A stretch of DNA of 64,000 nucleotides from a bacterium (GCA_965213625.1 CBDBZU010000004.1:3776001-3840000); one strand, 5' to 3'; shown: positions 9,472 to 19,110, numbered from the stretch's first letter. Translations and numbers: made by a program. The notes: a model not told the origin generated them from the letters alone.

Positions 9472-10433
9472 TCCGCGTTCAGGAGTATCTCGCCGTCTTT
9501 GATAATGGCTTCGCCGTCGAACCAGACAGAAGGCGCGCGGATGATGGCATCGAAGTGGGTCTTTGCCTGCACGTCGCCGCCCAGCATGGCGGAGGTGCCG
9601 ATACCGATGTGGATCGTGCCGTTCACGCCCTCATCGTTCAGCATCTCGCCGGTGAAATCCTTGCATTCGGGATTCAGGCCCATCGCGAACTGCGCAATGT
9701 TGTAGACCCACTTATCGTTCTGCGCGGCCAGAAGTTTTCGGAGGAAATCCGCCTGCCGCCCGCCCGATATCTCCCGCACGAAGCCATCCTCAATACGAAA
9801 AGTAACAGGCTCCTCGATAACCCCCACGCCGTAATAGGGAATGCTGCCGTCCACCACGAGCGCGCCGTTCGTCGTCCCGTCCAGAGGCGACGTGTTGGCC
9901 TCGATGTTGGGAACGGCAGTGAAGCCTGGGCCGTCGAGCACGCAGGCATGACTGTTGCCCGCGCGTCCTTCAATAGAGAGCGTAAGTTCGGTGCCCGCCG
10001 GGTTGGTGACGCGCACCTCAGTCGCCTCGCTCAAACGCGCCGCCAGGGCGTCGCAAAGCGGTTTTCTGGCCCTGAAATCCGCCATCAGGCCGCCGTGTTC
10101 CATCTGGCCGGGCGTGAACGCCGTCATCGAGAGCACGCGCGCGCCCGCGCCGACCGCCTCCCTCGTCGCCCGCGTATGGGCCAGAGCGTGGGTGACGGGC
10201 AGGAAAACCACGTCGGACGCCCGCATCGCCTCAGCCACGGCGCGCGGCGGCTCCTCGTTGTCGATGCTTCTGGGTGGCGAGACGGCGATGGTGGCCCGAG
10301 CGCCCAAGTCTCCCGCCTCGGCACTTAGCGCCTGCGCGATGAGAAGACGCTCGGCGTCTGTTACGATGAGCACATCCTCGCCTTCCTTCACGCCGGCGCA
10401 GTCGCCCACAAGAATTTTCGCACCTTTTTTCAC
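9468..10433 (-). CDS. Peptidase M29-fold protein (leucyl aminopeptidase / NicX-like), divergent active site
   Basis: GEDVLIVTD, EEPP, GTELTLSIEGR, PNIE, GTIHIGIG, THFD; start uncertain (GTG 10433 after AGGA). Confidence 0.75.
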   Translation of the reverse strand: MKKGAKILVGDCAGVKEGEDVLIVTDAERLLIAQALSAEAGDLGARATIAVSPPRSIDNEEPPRAVAEAMRASDVVFLPVTHALAHTRATREAVGAGARVLSMTAFTPGQMEHGGLMADFRARKPLCDALAARLSEATEVRVTNPAGTELTLSIEGRAGNSHACVLDGPGFTAVPNIEANTSPLDGTTNGALVVDGSIPYYGVGVIEEPVTFRIEDGFVREISGGRQADFLRKLLAAQNDKWVYNIAQFAMGLNPECKDFTGEMLNDEGVNGTIHIGIGTSAMLGGDVQAKTHFDAIIRAPSVWFDGEAIIKDGEILLNAE

Positions 10434-10604
10434 GAAACGTTCCTTTTCCTGAGTTGTGAATCCATGATTGCGAAACGCGGTTCGCCTGTATCGCCTACCC
10501 TGTGGCGTAACGAAACCACGCAAGGGCTATGAATGCGTCTTTGCGCTGCGCCGTCTGCCCATATAAAAGTAGGAATCTACACCACGGGCTTGAGAGAGGC
10601 GAGT

Positions 10605-11321
10605 ATGACACAGGGAAAATCATCAGCACCGATATCCGGTATCGAGCGAGAGCGCCTGATGGATATCTACGAACGCCTGTATGCGCGCTTCGGTCCGCAG
10701 AATTGGTGGCCCGGCGAGACGACGCTCGAGATTTGTATTGGAGCCATTCTGGTCCAGAACACCTCGTGGACGAACGCGGCGCGCGCGATCGAAAACCTTA
10801 AAAAAGAGGGCCTCCTGACGGAGGGCGCGCTCGAGAAAGTGCGACGCGACCGCCTCGCCCGCCTCATCCGGCCCGCCCGGTTTTTCAACATGAAGGCAAA
10901 AAGAATCAAGGGGTTCATCGCCTACCTCTCGAAACGCTTCGAATGTGACGTGGACAATTTTTTAAGCCTGCCGACGGATGAGTTGCACGCGGAACTCATG
11001 GGCCTGGACGGCGTGGGGCGCGAGACGGCCGATTCCATTACGCTCTACGCCGCAGGGAGGCCCGCTTTCGTGGTGGACGCCTACACGAAGCGCATATTCT
11101 CCCGGCTCAGGCATTTTGCGGCGTCTAAAAACGGGGACAGGGACTACCTCGCCTTACAGGAGAGCCTCACGGCGCATTTGCCCGAAGATGTGGCCCTATT
11201 CAATGAATACCACGCCCTTCTCGTGCGCCTGGGGCATACCTTCTGCCGCCCCACGCCCAAATGCGGCGAGTGCCCGCTCCGGGCGGTGTGTCCGTATCCT
11301 GGAGATGACGCGGAGGGATGA
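10605..11321 (+). CDS. Endonuclease III-related HhH-GPD DNA glycosylase
   Basis: GPQNWWP, GAILVQNTSW, GVGRETADSI HhH, FVVDAYT, C-terminal 4-Cys Fe-S cluster motif. Confidence 0.9.
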   Translation: MTQGKSSAPISGIERERLMDIYERLYARFGPQNWWPGETTLEICIGAILVQNTSWTNAARAIENLKKEGLLTEGALEKVRRDRLARLIRPARFFNMKAKRIKGFIAYLSKRFECDVDNFLSLPTDELHAELMGLDGVGRETADSITLYAAGRPAFVVDAYTKRIFSRLRHFAASKNGDRDYLALQESLTAHLPEDVALFNEYHALLVRLGHTFCRPTPKCGECPLRAVCPYPGDDAEG

Positions 11322-11379
11322 CGGGGAGAGGGGAGAAATTAGTCCTCCATTGAGGGGTCTGTTGAAAAAGTCATTTCCA

Positions 11380-11513
11380 CCTCATCCTGAGTAGCGGCGA
11401 AGCCGCGTATCGAAGGATTGACCCGATTGAGGAACGAGGGTCGGAACGGGGCACGAGGCGTTCGGCTCCCCTCGTCCCACGATACGGCCCTTGCGGGCCT
11501 ACTCGGGATGAGG
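11380..11513. repeat. Inverted doublet of the hairpin repeat family (R' then R)
   Basis: CCTCATCCTGAGTA-GCGGC-GAA-GCCGC-GTATCGAAGG and CCCACGATAC-GGCCC-TTGC-GGGCC-TACTCGGGATGAGG. Confidence 0.88.
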
Positions 11514-11536
11514 AGGTTTGTTACGCGCGCGCTTTT

Positions 11537-11735
11537 GAATTTCACTCCCCACTTGAGGGTCGGTCTATCCTCCTCGGGTAGACCGACGATGAAGCCGAGC
11601 GGTTTGTGCGAAGGCTGAATCGGTGGGGGGGTAAAATGCGATTTATCGCCATTCCGAGTTATACCCCCCACCGAATCGCTTTCGGGCTTACGCCCTCAGC
11701 TCTTCGACTCCCCCTCAAGGGGGGAGTGAAATTCA
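11537..11735. repeat. Long nested inverted repeat (ACTCCCCCTCAAGGGGGGAGT family)
   Basis: TGAATTTCACTCCCC...TTGAGGG pairs with CCCTCAAG...GGGGAGTGAAATTCA; inner TCGGTGGGGGG / CCCCCCACCGA. Confidence 0.8.
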
Positions 11736-11792
11736 GTGCGCTCCTTCTGTAGGACTTTTTCAACAACCCCAATAAGAGAGGATGTAATTCAG

Positions 11793-11883
11793 TGTAGGGG
11801 ACGCATACATGCGTCCCGCATGCCACGAGCCGGTCGGGCGGCCGCATTTAAGTAGCGCTCCCATGAAGGGAGCGCTACCTACA
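11793..11883. repeat. GTAG-type REP doublet (degenerate)
   Basis: TGTAGGGGACGCATACATGCGTCCC ... GTAGCGCTCCCATGAAGGGAGCGCTACCTACA. Confidence 0.7.
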
Positions 11884-12002
11884 AAACCGCATATTCTAGC
11901 TCGTTAATGGGTTAGATTTCCCGCAACGATTTGTAATCGCCCTACGCGCTGCTCCCTCTCCGAATCTCCCGAAAGAAACCCCGCGCACCGAAATCCCCGA
12001 GC

Positions 12003-12785
12003 CTACACGACCGGGCAGAAGCCCCCGTCGATGTTCACCGCCGTCCCGGTGATGAAAGACGCGGCGTCCGAGGCGAGAAAACAGGCCATGTTGGCGTATT
12101 CCTCGGCCGTTCCCATCCTGCCGAGCGGAATGTCGCTCCCCGCATCGGCGACGTATTCCTCAAACGAAACTTCCGGATTTTCCCGCTCGTAGCGCCGCGC
12201 GATCTGATCCGTCACGATGCGGCCCGTGCACAGCGCGTTCACGAGCACGTTGTAGGGCGCGCCTTCGCCCGCCAGCACCTTGGTCATCGCCATGCCAGCG
12301 GCGCGCGAGACCGACGTGGGCGCACTCGTTGCGGGCGGCGCCTTTCCCGCCACCGTCACGACGTTGATGATGCGGCCCCAGCGGCGCTCCTTCATCGCGG
12401 GGAAAGCGAGGCGGCAGGTCCTGATGGCGCCGAAGAGTTTGAGCCCCAGGTCCTCCTCCCACATCTCGTCGGTTATCTCCTCGAACGGCCCCCGGGTGGA
12501 GGTGCCTGCGTTGTTGACCAGTATGTCGATTTGCCCCAAATCCCCGAGCGCTGCGGCCCACATCGCCTTGATCGATTCGGCATCACCCAAATCGCATGAG
12601 TAGGCGAAAACTTTACCGCCGGTGGCGGCTTCGATATCGCGCCTCGTCTCCTCCAATACGTCGGGCCGCCTCGCGACGATGGCCACCTCGGCCCCTGATT
12701 CAGAGAACTTGAGCGCCATGCCCCGGCCCATGCCCCGGCTGCCGCCCGTGATGAGCGCTTTTTTTCCGTCCAGACGAATGTCCAT
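12003..12785 (-). CDS. SDR family oxidoreductase (atypical SxxxR subgroup)
   Basis: TGGSRGMG, LVNNAG, IPLGRMG, ITGTAVNIDGG; SVSR in place of YxxxK. Confidence 0.9.
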   Translation of the reverse strand: MDIRLDGKKALITGGSRGMGRGMALKFSESGAEVAIVARRPDVLEETRRDIEAATGGKVFAYSCDLGDAESIKAMWAAALGDLGQIDILVNNAGTSTRGPFEEITDEMWEEDLGLKLFGAIRTCRLAFPAMKERRWGRIINVVTVAGKAPPATSAPTSVSRAAGMAMTKVLAGEGAPYNVLVNALCTGRIVTDQIARRYERENPEVSFEEYVADAGSDIPLGRMGTAEEYANMACFLASDAASFITGTAVNIDGGFCPVV

Positions 12786-12901
12786 GGTGAAGCTCCTCGA
12801 TTATTGAGTGGTTATTTATCCGTGGTAGCAAAAGAAAGATGTAAAAATTTTATCAGGCGTGGAGAAACTTCTTCGAGACGCGAATCCGCCCGAGCGTCCC
12901 C

Positions 12902-14587
12902 CTATGAAATCTTTGGCAGGGGCTGCTCGCGCGTCATGACCTCGACGATGGCCGGCTTGCCCGCAGAGAGCGCCGCCTCGATGGCTTCGTCCAGGTCGGC
13001 GGGGTCTTCCACCCGCACACCGAACGCGTCGAAAGAGCGCGCCATATCGGCGAAGTTTGGGCTCTTGAAGTCGCAGCCGTAGGCCGCGCCGTAGAGATTT
13101 TGCTGCTGGCGGTCTATCTGGCCGTAGGAGCCGTCGTTCAAGACAATCATCACGATATTGGCACCGTATTCGCTCGCCGTCACGAAGTCGCCGATGGTCA
13201 TCAGGAACGCGCCGTCGCCCACCAGGCCGATGACGTCGCGCTCGGGATATTCCATCTTGGCGACGATGGCCGTGGGCAGCGCGAAGGACATGGCGTTCCA
13301 CACGCCCGACTGCATGAAGGAGAACTGGTTCGTGAGCGGCACGTAGTAGCGCGCGAACATCTGGCAGTTGCCCACGTCGGAGACGACGATGGCGTCGGGC
13401 TTGATGTGGGCGGCTAGCTTTTCCATCAACAGCGCCGGGTGGACCGGCGTCTCGCTCTCATGGCCCTCGATTACCGTCAGAGCCTGCCTCCTCAAATCCG
13501 CTTTGCCCTGCGCGATCTGCTTTCTTACTTCGTCTTTCGCGCGTCCGTTCTCTTTCGCGAGATGCTCCTCCAGGGCGCTCAGGAACATGCCGGGGTCGGC
13601 GACGATTTCGTCCGTGCCTGTGTAGTTCGCATCCTCCGCGTCGTCGAAGCCGATGAATATCCGCCCTTCAGGCGCGTAGGGGTCGATGTGCTCCACCTCC
13701 GCGGTGGCGGCTCTCAGGCCGATGAACATCATCAGGTCGCACTTCTCGGTGACGCCGTCCATGAACGAATTATTTCTAAAAGCGAAATAATGCCCTACCG
13801 CCAACGGATGTTCCTCCGGGATGACGCCCATCGCGTCCTGGGGGTAGATGACGGGAATCGAAAACTTATCGGCGATTCGCGCGAGTTCTTCCATCGCCCC
13901 TTTGCGCATCACCCCCTTGCCCGCGCAGATAACGGGATATTTCGCCGCCAGCAGCCTGCGCGCGTACTGGGCGACGTCCTCCGCATTGGGGGCGACGACT
14001 TCCACCGGCTGCGGCGCGTATTCCGGCAGCGCGATGGGGGCTTCCTGCAACAGATGGGGGCTGTAGTCGGTGAGTCTCGGTATCTCTACGTGCACCGGAC
14101 CCGGCCTCCCGCTTCTTGCGACCTGGAACGCCCTGGCCATGACGCCTGAGATGTCTTCCATACGCTTCACGCGAACACTCCACTTGGTGACCTTCCGGAA
14201 CATCTCGACCAGAAATTCGGGGTCGTCCACCCCGTGGAACGCCTCGCGCGACGCATCCAGCGGCACGGAACCCGTGATGTGCACCATCGGCGACGCCGCG
14301 CCATAGGCCTGGGCCACGCCCGCGATGGAGTTCGCACCGCCGGGCCCCGCCGTGAGCAGGCATACGCCGGGCTCTCCGGTGAGCCGCCCGTAGGCGTCAG
14401 CCATCAGGGAGGCGTTCGGCTCCTGCTTGCAGGTGACGAGACCGATGGAGGGGGCTTGCCTCAGCGCATCGTAGAACTGAAGAAGATGAGAACCGGGCAG
14501 GCAATACAGCCTTTTGACGTTTTCCCTGACGAGCGCGTCTACAACTATCTGGCCCGCGTGCGCGGGCGCTCCGACTTCAAATGGCAT
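12902..14587 (-). CDS. Thiamine pyrophosphate-binding protein (acetolactate synthase-like)
   Basis: QEPNASLMADAYGRLTG, GPGGAN, GRPGPVHVEIP, GDGAFLM...ND TPP motif. Confidence 0.9.
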   Translation of the reverse strand: MPFEVGAPAHAGQIVVDALVRENVKRLYCLPGSHLLQFYDALRQAPSIGLVTCKQEPNASLMADAYGRLTGEPGVCLLTAGPGGANSIAGVAQAYGAASPMVHITGSVPLDASREAFHGVDDPEFLVEMFRKVTKWSVRVKRMEDISGVMARAFQVARSGRPGPVHVEIPRLTDYSPHLLQEAPIALPEYAPQPVEVVAPNAEDVAQYARRLLAAKYPVICAGKGVMRKGAMEELARIADKFSIPVIYPQDAMGVIPEEHPLAVGHYFAFRNNSFMDGVTEKCDLMMFIGLRAATAEVEHIDPYAPEGRIFIGFDDAEDANYTGTDEIVADPGMFLSALEEHLAKENGRAKDEVRKQIAQGKADLRRQALTVIEGHESETPVHPALLMEKLAAHIKPDAIVVSDVGNCQMFARYYVPLTNQFSFMQSGVWNAMSFALPTAIVAKMEYPERDVIGLVGDGAFLMTIGDFVTASEYGANIVMIVLNDGSYGQIDRQQQNLYGAAYGCDFKSPNFADMARSFDAFGVRVEDPADLDEAIEAALSAGKPAIVEVMTREQPLPKIS

Positions 14588-14659
14588 GGTTGAACTTTCT
14601 TATACTAATAGTAACGATGAAAAAAGCTGGAATTCGTCGAACCAAGGGAGATGTCTTAC

Positions 14660-14992
14660 TCATTCCTCCGCCCTGTTCGTCCGCCTGATGAGTTCGTGAA
14701 ACGCCGCTATGCTTTCATCGTGCTTCGCCATGGTTTCCCTGTGATTCTTGTCGATTTTTTCCATAGATTCCTTGTGGTTCGCCATGAATTGCTCGTGGTT
14801 CGTCATGACTTCTTCGTGATTCGTTCTCGTGCCTCTGATGAGTTCGTCGAGCGCTTTTTCTCTCATGATCAAATCGCGGCGCATCATGACGAGGCCCCCG
14901 CCAATGAGCGCGCATTGCGAAAACCCGACCAGGGCAGCAACCAGCACGCCCATTCTCTGCACCGCCAGCGTCGCTATTTCGAATTCCGTCAT
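14660..14992 (-). CDS. Small hypothetical membrane-anchored protein with 7-aa tandem repeats
   Basis: N-terminal hydrophobic helix then TNHEEVM-TNHEQFM-ANHKESM repeats (21-bp tandem at 14771-14833); AGAGGGG RBS. Confidence 0.7.
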   Translation of the reverse strand: MTEFEIATLAVQRMGVLVAALVGFSQCALIGGGLVMMRRDLIMREKALDELIRGTRTNHEEVMTNHEQFMANHKESMEKIDKNHRETMAKHDESIAAFHELIRRTNRAEE

Positions 14993-15151
14993 CTTGCGAA
15001 CCCCTCTTTTAAGGAAGGGTCCTCATCGCCATGTTAGCGACCGCAATGGCCTCTGACAAGGGAGCCCATCGCCTCGGCGGCACTTGATGGCGCATCTTTC
15101 GGCGGCTTGAAACAAGCGAATCAAAAACTGGAAACCGTATAATCCTCAATA

Positions 15152-16231
15152 CTACGCGCCCGATTTTTCGATGTGCGCGCAGAGGTAATCGCCCACTTCC
15201 CGGGTATTCAGCGAACCGCCGAGATCGGCCGTGGTCTTTTTCTCGCGGACGGCGGAGCGTATCGCCTCCCAGATCATGTCCGCCGCCTTATCGAGACCCA
15301 GCGTGTTCAGCAAGATTCTCCCTGTGAGGCAGACCGCGAAGGGGTTCGCGATTCCCTTGAGTGCGATATCGGGCGCTGTGCCGTGGACGGGCTCGAACAT
15401 GCAAACGCGGCCCGGGTGGATGCACCCGGACGCCGCCAGCCCCACGCCCCCCACGAGGCCTGCGCAGAGATCGCTCAGGATGTCGCCGAACATGTTGTTG
15501 GTGACGATGACGCCGAATTCCTCAGGCTTGAACAGGAGATCCTGGCACAGGGTGTCGATGAAGTAGTGCTCGCCCTCAACGTCTGTGAATTCCTCCGATA
15601 CCGCCCAGAAAACGCGCTGCCACAAACCGTGCGCGTGGATGATGGAGCCGTGCTTGTCCGCCATGGTCACCTTGGGGTAGCCGTGTTTTCGCGCGTATTC
15701 GAAGGCGTAGCGGCAGATGCGCGAGACGCCCTTATAGGTGTTGACGTCCTCCTGGATGGCGACTTCATCCGGCGTTCCCTTCTTGAAGTTGCCGCCCACG
15801 CGCACGTTCAACCCTTCGGTGTTCTCGCGCACGACGACGAGGTCGATCCGGGCGTCCCTCTTCAGTGGAGAAAAATCCGGGTGCAGGAGCGGCGCCGGCC
15901 TTAAGTTCACGTACAAATCCAGTTCGAAGCGAAGCGCGCGCAGGAGATCGCGGCAGTTCACGTCCGCAGGAATCCTGGGGTCGAGGCCGGCGCTTCCGAA
16001 CAGGATGGCGTCGTGTTTGTCCGCCAGACCCCGCACCAGGCCTTCCACGTCTTCCGGCAGCGGGGTTCCGTGTTCGAGATAGTGGAGCGCGCCGTAGTCG
16101 TATACTTGCGGCTCGACGGCCACCCCCTCGGCGCCCGCCGCCGCCCGGATTACCTCCGTCGCCACGGGCAGCACGTCGTGCCCTACGCCGTCGCCCAGAA
16201 TCACCGCCAGGGAAATCGATTTGTCGTTCAT
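15152..16231 (-). CDS. Isocitrate/isopropylmalate/tartrate dehydrogenase family protein
   Basis: GDGVG, LDLYVNLRP, RENTEG, NMFGDILSDL, FEPVHGTAPDIA. Confidence 0.9.
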   Translation of the reverse strand: MNDKSISLAVILGDGVGHDVLPVATEVIRAAAGAEGVAVEPQVYDYGALHYLEHGTPLPEDVEGLVRGLADKHDAILFGSAGLDPRIPADVNCRDLLRALRFELDLYVNLRPAPLLHPDFSPLKRDARIDLVVVRENTEGLNVRVGGNFKKGTPDEVAIQEDVNTYKGVSRICRYAFEYARKHGYPKVTMADKHGSIIHAHGLWQRVFWAVSEEFTDVEGEHYFIDTLCQDLLFKPEEFGVIVTNNMFGDILSDLCAGLVGGVGLAASGCIHPGRVCMFEPVHGTAPDIALKGIANPFAVCLTGRILLNTLGLDKAADMIWEAIRSAVREKKTTADLGGSLNTREVGDYLCAHIEKSGA

Positions 16232-16244
16232 TGGATTCCCCCGA

Positions 16245-17420
16245 TTACAGGTGTTTGATTACCTTGAGGCGCTGTACGGAGTCGCCCGCCAGATGCGTCC
16301 AGACAATCGCGTCGCGAACGAGTTTCTCCACGCCCTCGTCCTTCATGACGCCGGCGCCCCCGTGGATGTCCATACACAGGTGGGTGACGCGCTGGATAAC
16401 GTCCGTCGAGAAATTCATGAGCAGGATGTTGTGCTTCATGTCGCGGTCCGCACCCTTTTCGAGATCGCACGCGGTGCGCATGACGTAGGAGCGCAGCGCC
16501 TCGGTGAGCATGTGCATCTCGGAGAGTTTGAGCTGTATGGCCTGGTGCTCGATGATGTATTTGCCGCCCTGCCAGCGCGTTCTCGCGTGGTGCATCGCCA
16601 TGTCGACGGCCGCCTGGCACACGCCCAGCCCGTTGGAGGAGAGTTCCAGGTCACCGAATTCGGACGTATCGCCCTTTCTCGCCTGGATGCCCCGGTTCAC
16701 CTCGCCCACTATGTTGGCGTGCGGCACGCGGGCGTCCTCGAAAATGAGCTCGGCGTTCTGGTAGAACCGCCAGCCGATCTTGTCGTACACCTTCCCTACC
16801 CGGAAGCCCGGCGTATCCGTCGGCACGAGGAAGAGCGTGGTGCCATTCGAAATGGGTACGTCGGGGTCGGTTCTCCCATCGATGAAGAAGAGCTTGCCCA
16901 CGCTCCCGTTGGCGATGTAGCGCTTGCGCCCGTTCAGCACCCATTCGTCGCCTTCGCGCACCGCCTGTAGCTTCCAGCCCGTGCGGGGGTCGTCCGAAGG
17001 CATGCGGTTGTCAGAACCCGCCGACTCCTCGGTTCCGCCTTTTCCCAAGAGATAGGTGTCGTCCTCCAGAAACGGCTTCAGGAACCTGTCTTTCTGATCC
17101 TCCGTGCAGGAGGCGGCGATGAGGTGGCTCCACTTCCAGCACTGGCTGAAGGTCTTGGATATCGCGCTGTCCCCGCGCGCGATCTCTTCCATCACCAGCG
17201 CCTGCGTAACGAAATCGATGCCGTGGCCCCCGCGTTCTTTGGGCACGACGGCGGTGCGAAAACCGAGCCGGGAGCCTTTCTTGATGATCTCCCAGTCGAA
17301 GGTCTCGCGCGGGTCGGAAATCAGGTCCCGCTCGAGCGATATGGGAGCGACCTCTTCGGTCGCGAATTTTCTCGCCTTATCGCGCCACGCCTTTTGTTCT
17401 TCGCTCAAATCGAAATTCAT
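16245..17420 (-). CDS. Acyl-CoA dehydrogenase family flavoprotein (atypical)
   Basis: MNFDLSEEQ, TEESAGSD, WVLNGRKRYIANG, KIGWR, QAIQLKLSEM, DIHGGAG. Confidence 0.88.
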   Translation of the reverse strand: MNFDLSEEQKAWRDKARKFATEEVAPISLERDLISDPRETFDWEIIKKGSRLGFRTAVVPKERGGHGIDFVTQALVMEEIARGDSAISKTFSQCWKWSHLIAASCTEDQKDRFLKPFLEDDTYLLGKGGTEESAGSDNRMPSDDPRTGWKLQAVREGDEWVLNGRKRYIANGSVGKLFFIDGRTDPDVPISNGTTLFLVPTDTPGFRVGKVYDKIGWRFYQNAELIFEDARVPHANIVGEVNRGIQARKGDTSEFGDLELSSNGLGVCQAAVDMAMHHARTRWQGGKYIIEHQAIQLKLSEMHMLTEALRSYVMRTACDLEKGADRDMKHNILLMNFSTDVIQRVTHLCMDIHGGAGVMKDEGVEKLVRDAIVWTHLAGDSVQRLKVIKHL

Positions 17421-17497
17421 AAAAACTCGTCCTCATCTGTGAAAGGAGAGCGGACTTGACCCCAAGTCCGCCCGTATGATCAGAAAATCCTTAGAAG

Positions 17498-18640
17498 TTA
17501 GACCGAGACCCCCTGGCTCAGGGGCAAGAACGCCTCATCCTCCTCATGCACGAGGCCCATTTCCCTCTCCATCTCGCGCACGAGGGGAATCACGTGCCTG
17601 CCCACGGTCTCGCATTCGCGGTGCAGGGGGAAGCCCGAGAGAATCAGCAAGTCGATGCCCGCCTGTTCGATCTCGATGATCTTCTGCGCGCATTCCTCAT
17701 AAGAACCCACGATGGCGACGGCCGAGCCCGAGCGGATGCGGCCCATGCCGGCCCAGAGGTTGGGACCCACCATCTCCTCGCGCGTGCGGGCCTGCTGGTC
17801 CTTCGTGCCCTTGCTCTCGAACGAGGAGATGACCTTGCCGCGATGCGCCAGCACCTCGGGGTCGACACGGCTCATCACCTCTTCCGCCGCCTCGAAGGCC
17901 TCATCTTCGGTTTCGCGCGCGAATATCTGAAAGCGCGTCACGTACTTGAGCGGTCGCGCCCTTCCGGCCCGCTCGCATTTATCGTTCATGTGCCGGACGC
18001 GCTCGGCCACCTGCTCAGGCGTTTCCCCCCAGAAGACCGAATACTCCGCCCGCCGGATAGCGATGTCCTGCGCGATATCGGAAGCCCCCGCCATGAAGTA
18101 GGGAATCCTCGGCTTCTGCACGGGCCGGGGATAGACGGTGGCGTCATCCAGGCGGTAGAACTTCCCCTCGAAGGAGTATTTCTCCTGCGACCAGAGGCCC
18201 TCCAGAATTTCCAGAAACTCATCCGTGCGCTCATAGCGCGTATCGTGATCCAGCGTCTCGCCGTAGCTCGCGAGCGCGCCGCCGCCCGTCACGATGTTGT
18301 AGAGGATGCGCCCGCCCGTGAGTTCATCGAGCGAGGCCATCATCCGCGCGCAGATGGCCGGGTCGATGATGCCCACCCGCACGGCGAGGAGCAGTTTTAT
18401 GGTCTTCGTCGCAGGCCCTATGACCGCGGCGTTCACCATGCTGTCCCACGTCGGGGCCTGCGGCCCGTAGTGGCCGCTTACCTGCGACGTCGGCACCAGG
18501 ATGGTGGTGAAGCCGCTGCGCTCGGCGTTTTGCGCGATGCGGGTGAAGGTTTCATAGCTCGGGGGATGCTCGGCGAACATCTGGCCGATGTACGCGCTGT
18601 CGCCGTCACATGACATATACCATGCAAGTTCTATGGCCAT
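17498..18640 (-). CDS. LLM-class flavin-dependent monooxygenase (alkanesulfonate monooxygenase SsuD-like)
   Basis: AERSGF, LLAVR, GRILYNIVTGG, RYERTDEFL, NLWAG, AIVGSYEE, ILSGFP. Confidence 0.88.
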   Translation of the reverse strand: MAIELAWYMSCDGDSAYIGQMFAEHPPSYETFTRIAQNAERSGFTTILVPTSQVSGHYGPQAPTWDSMVNAAVIGPATKTIKLLLAVRVGIIDPAICARMMASLDELTGGRILYNIVTGGGALASYGETLDHDTRYERTDEFLEILEGLWSQEKYSFEGKFYRLDDATVYPRPVQKPRIPYFMAGASDIAQDIAIRRAEYSVFWGETPEQVAERVRHMNDKCERAGRARPLKYVTRFQIFARETEDEAFEAAEEVMSRVDPEVLAHRGKVISSFESKGTKDQQARTREEMVGPNLWAGMGRIRSGSAVAIVGSYEECAQKIIEIEQAGIDLLILSGFPLHRECETVGRHVIPLVREMEREMGLVHEEDEAFLPLSQGVSV

Positions 18641-18870
18641 GAGGCTCTCTCCGGGTGGATTCGGTTCCCTTGATTGAGGCGCCAGTATATCCCCACCGAG
18701 GGCGTTTCGTCACTTGAGATCGGGGTTTCGCGCGCGGGCATGTCGATGGCGGGCTCGGAACAGGCTACTTCGAGGTGCTCGGGGCAGATTCCTTCTACAA
18801 GATCAGGACAGGTTCTCGATACGGCTCGCAGCCATCTTCTTGCGCCTCGGTGGGAGATGTCGCCGTACAG

Positions 18871-19104
18871 TCACTCCGATGTTCCCGCCGCCGCCACTTC
18901 CACAGTGTCGGCGGTCGCTTGAGGCTGTGGCGCAGGCTCGCCGTGCTCGCACAGACTTTCAAGATGCAGTTCGATGGCATCGCGGATCTCCGCCAGCGTC
19001 TTCTGCCGGGTGCAGCCCGTCGCGACGCAGCCCGGCAGATCGGGGACATAAGCCGCGTAGTTGTCAGGCGATTTCTCGATAACGACCGTGTATTTCACGC
19101 TCAT
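18871..19104 (-). CDS. hicB: HicB-family antitoxin (orphan, no adjacent hicA)
   Basis: YTVVIEKSPDNYAAYVPDLPGCVATG...IRDAIELHLE; ATG 19104. Confidence 0.88.
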   Translation of the reverse strand: MSVKYTVVIEKSPDNYAAYVPDLPGCVATGCTRQKTLAEIRDAIELHLESLCEHGEPAPQPQATADTVEVAAAGTSE

Positions 19105-19110
19105 GAGCGT

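Larger units (their letters stand above)
11355..11770. mobile_element. MITE-like element with IS1182-like ends carrying passenger repeats
   Basis: Ends GGGTCTGTTGAAAAAGTC and GACTTTTTCAACAACCCC (16/18 inverted match), similar to the TIRs of the IS at 36771-38290; no clear target duplication. Confidence 0.6.

Noticed and set aside
12003-12785. SDR lacking YxxxK as a novelty
   Set aside because: The SxxxR variant is a known atypical SDR subgroup.
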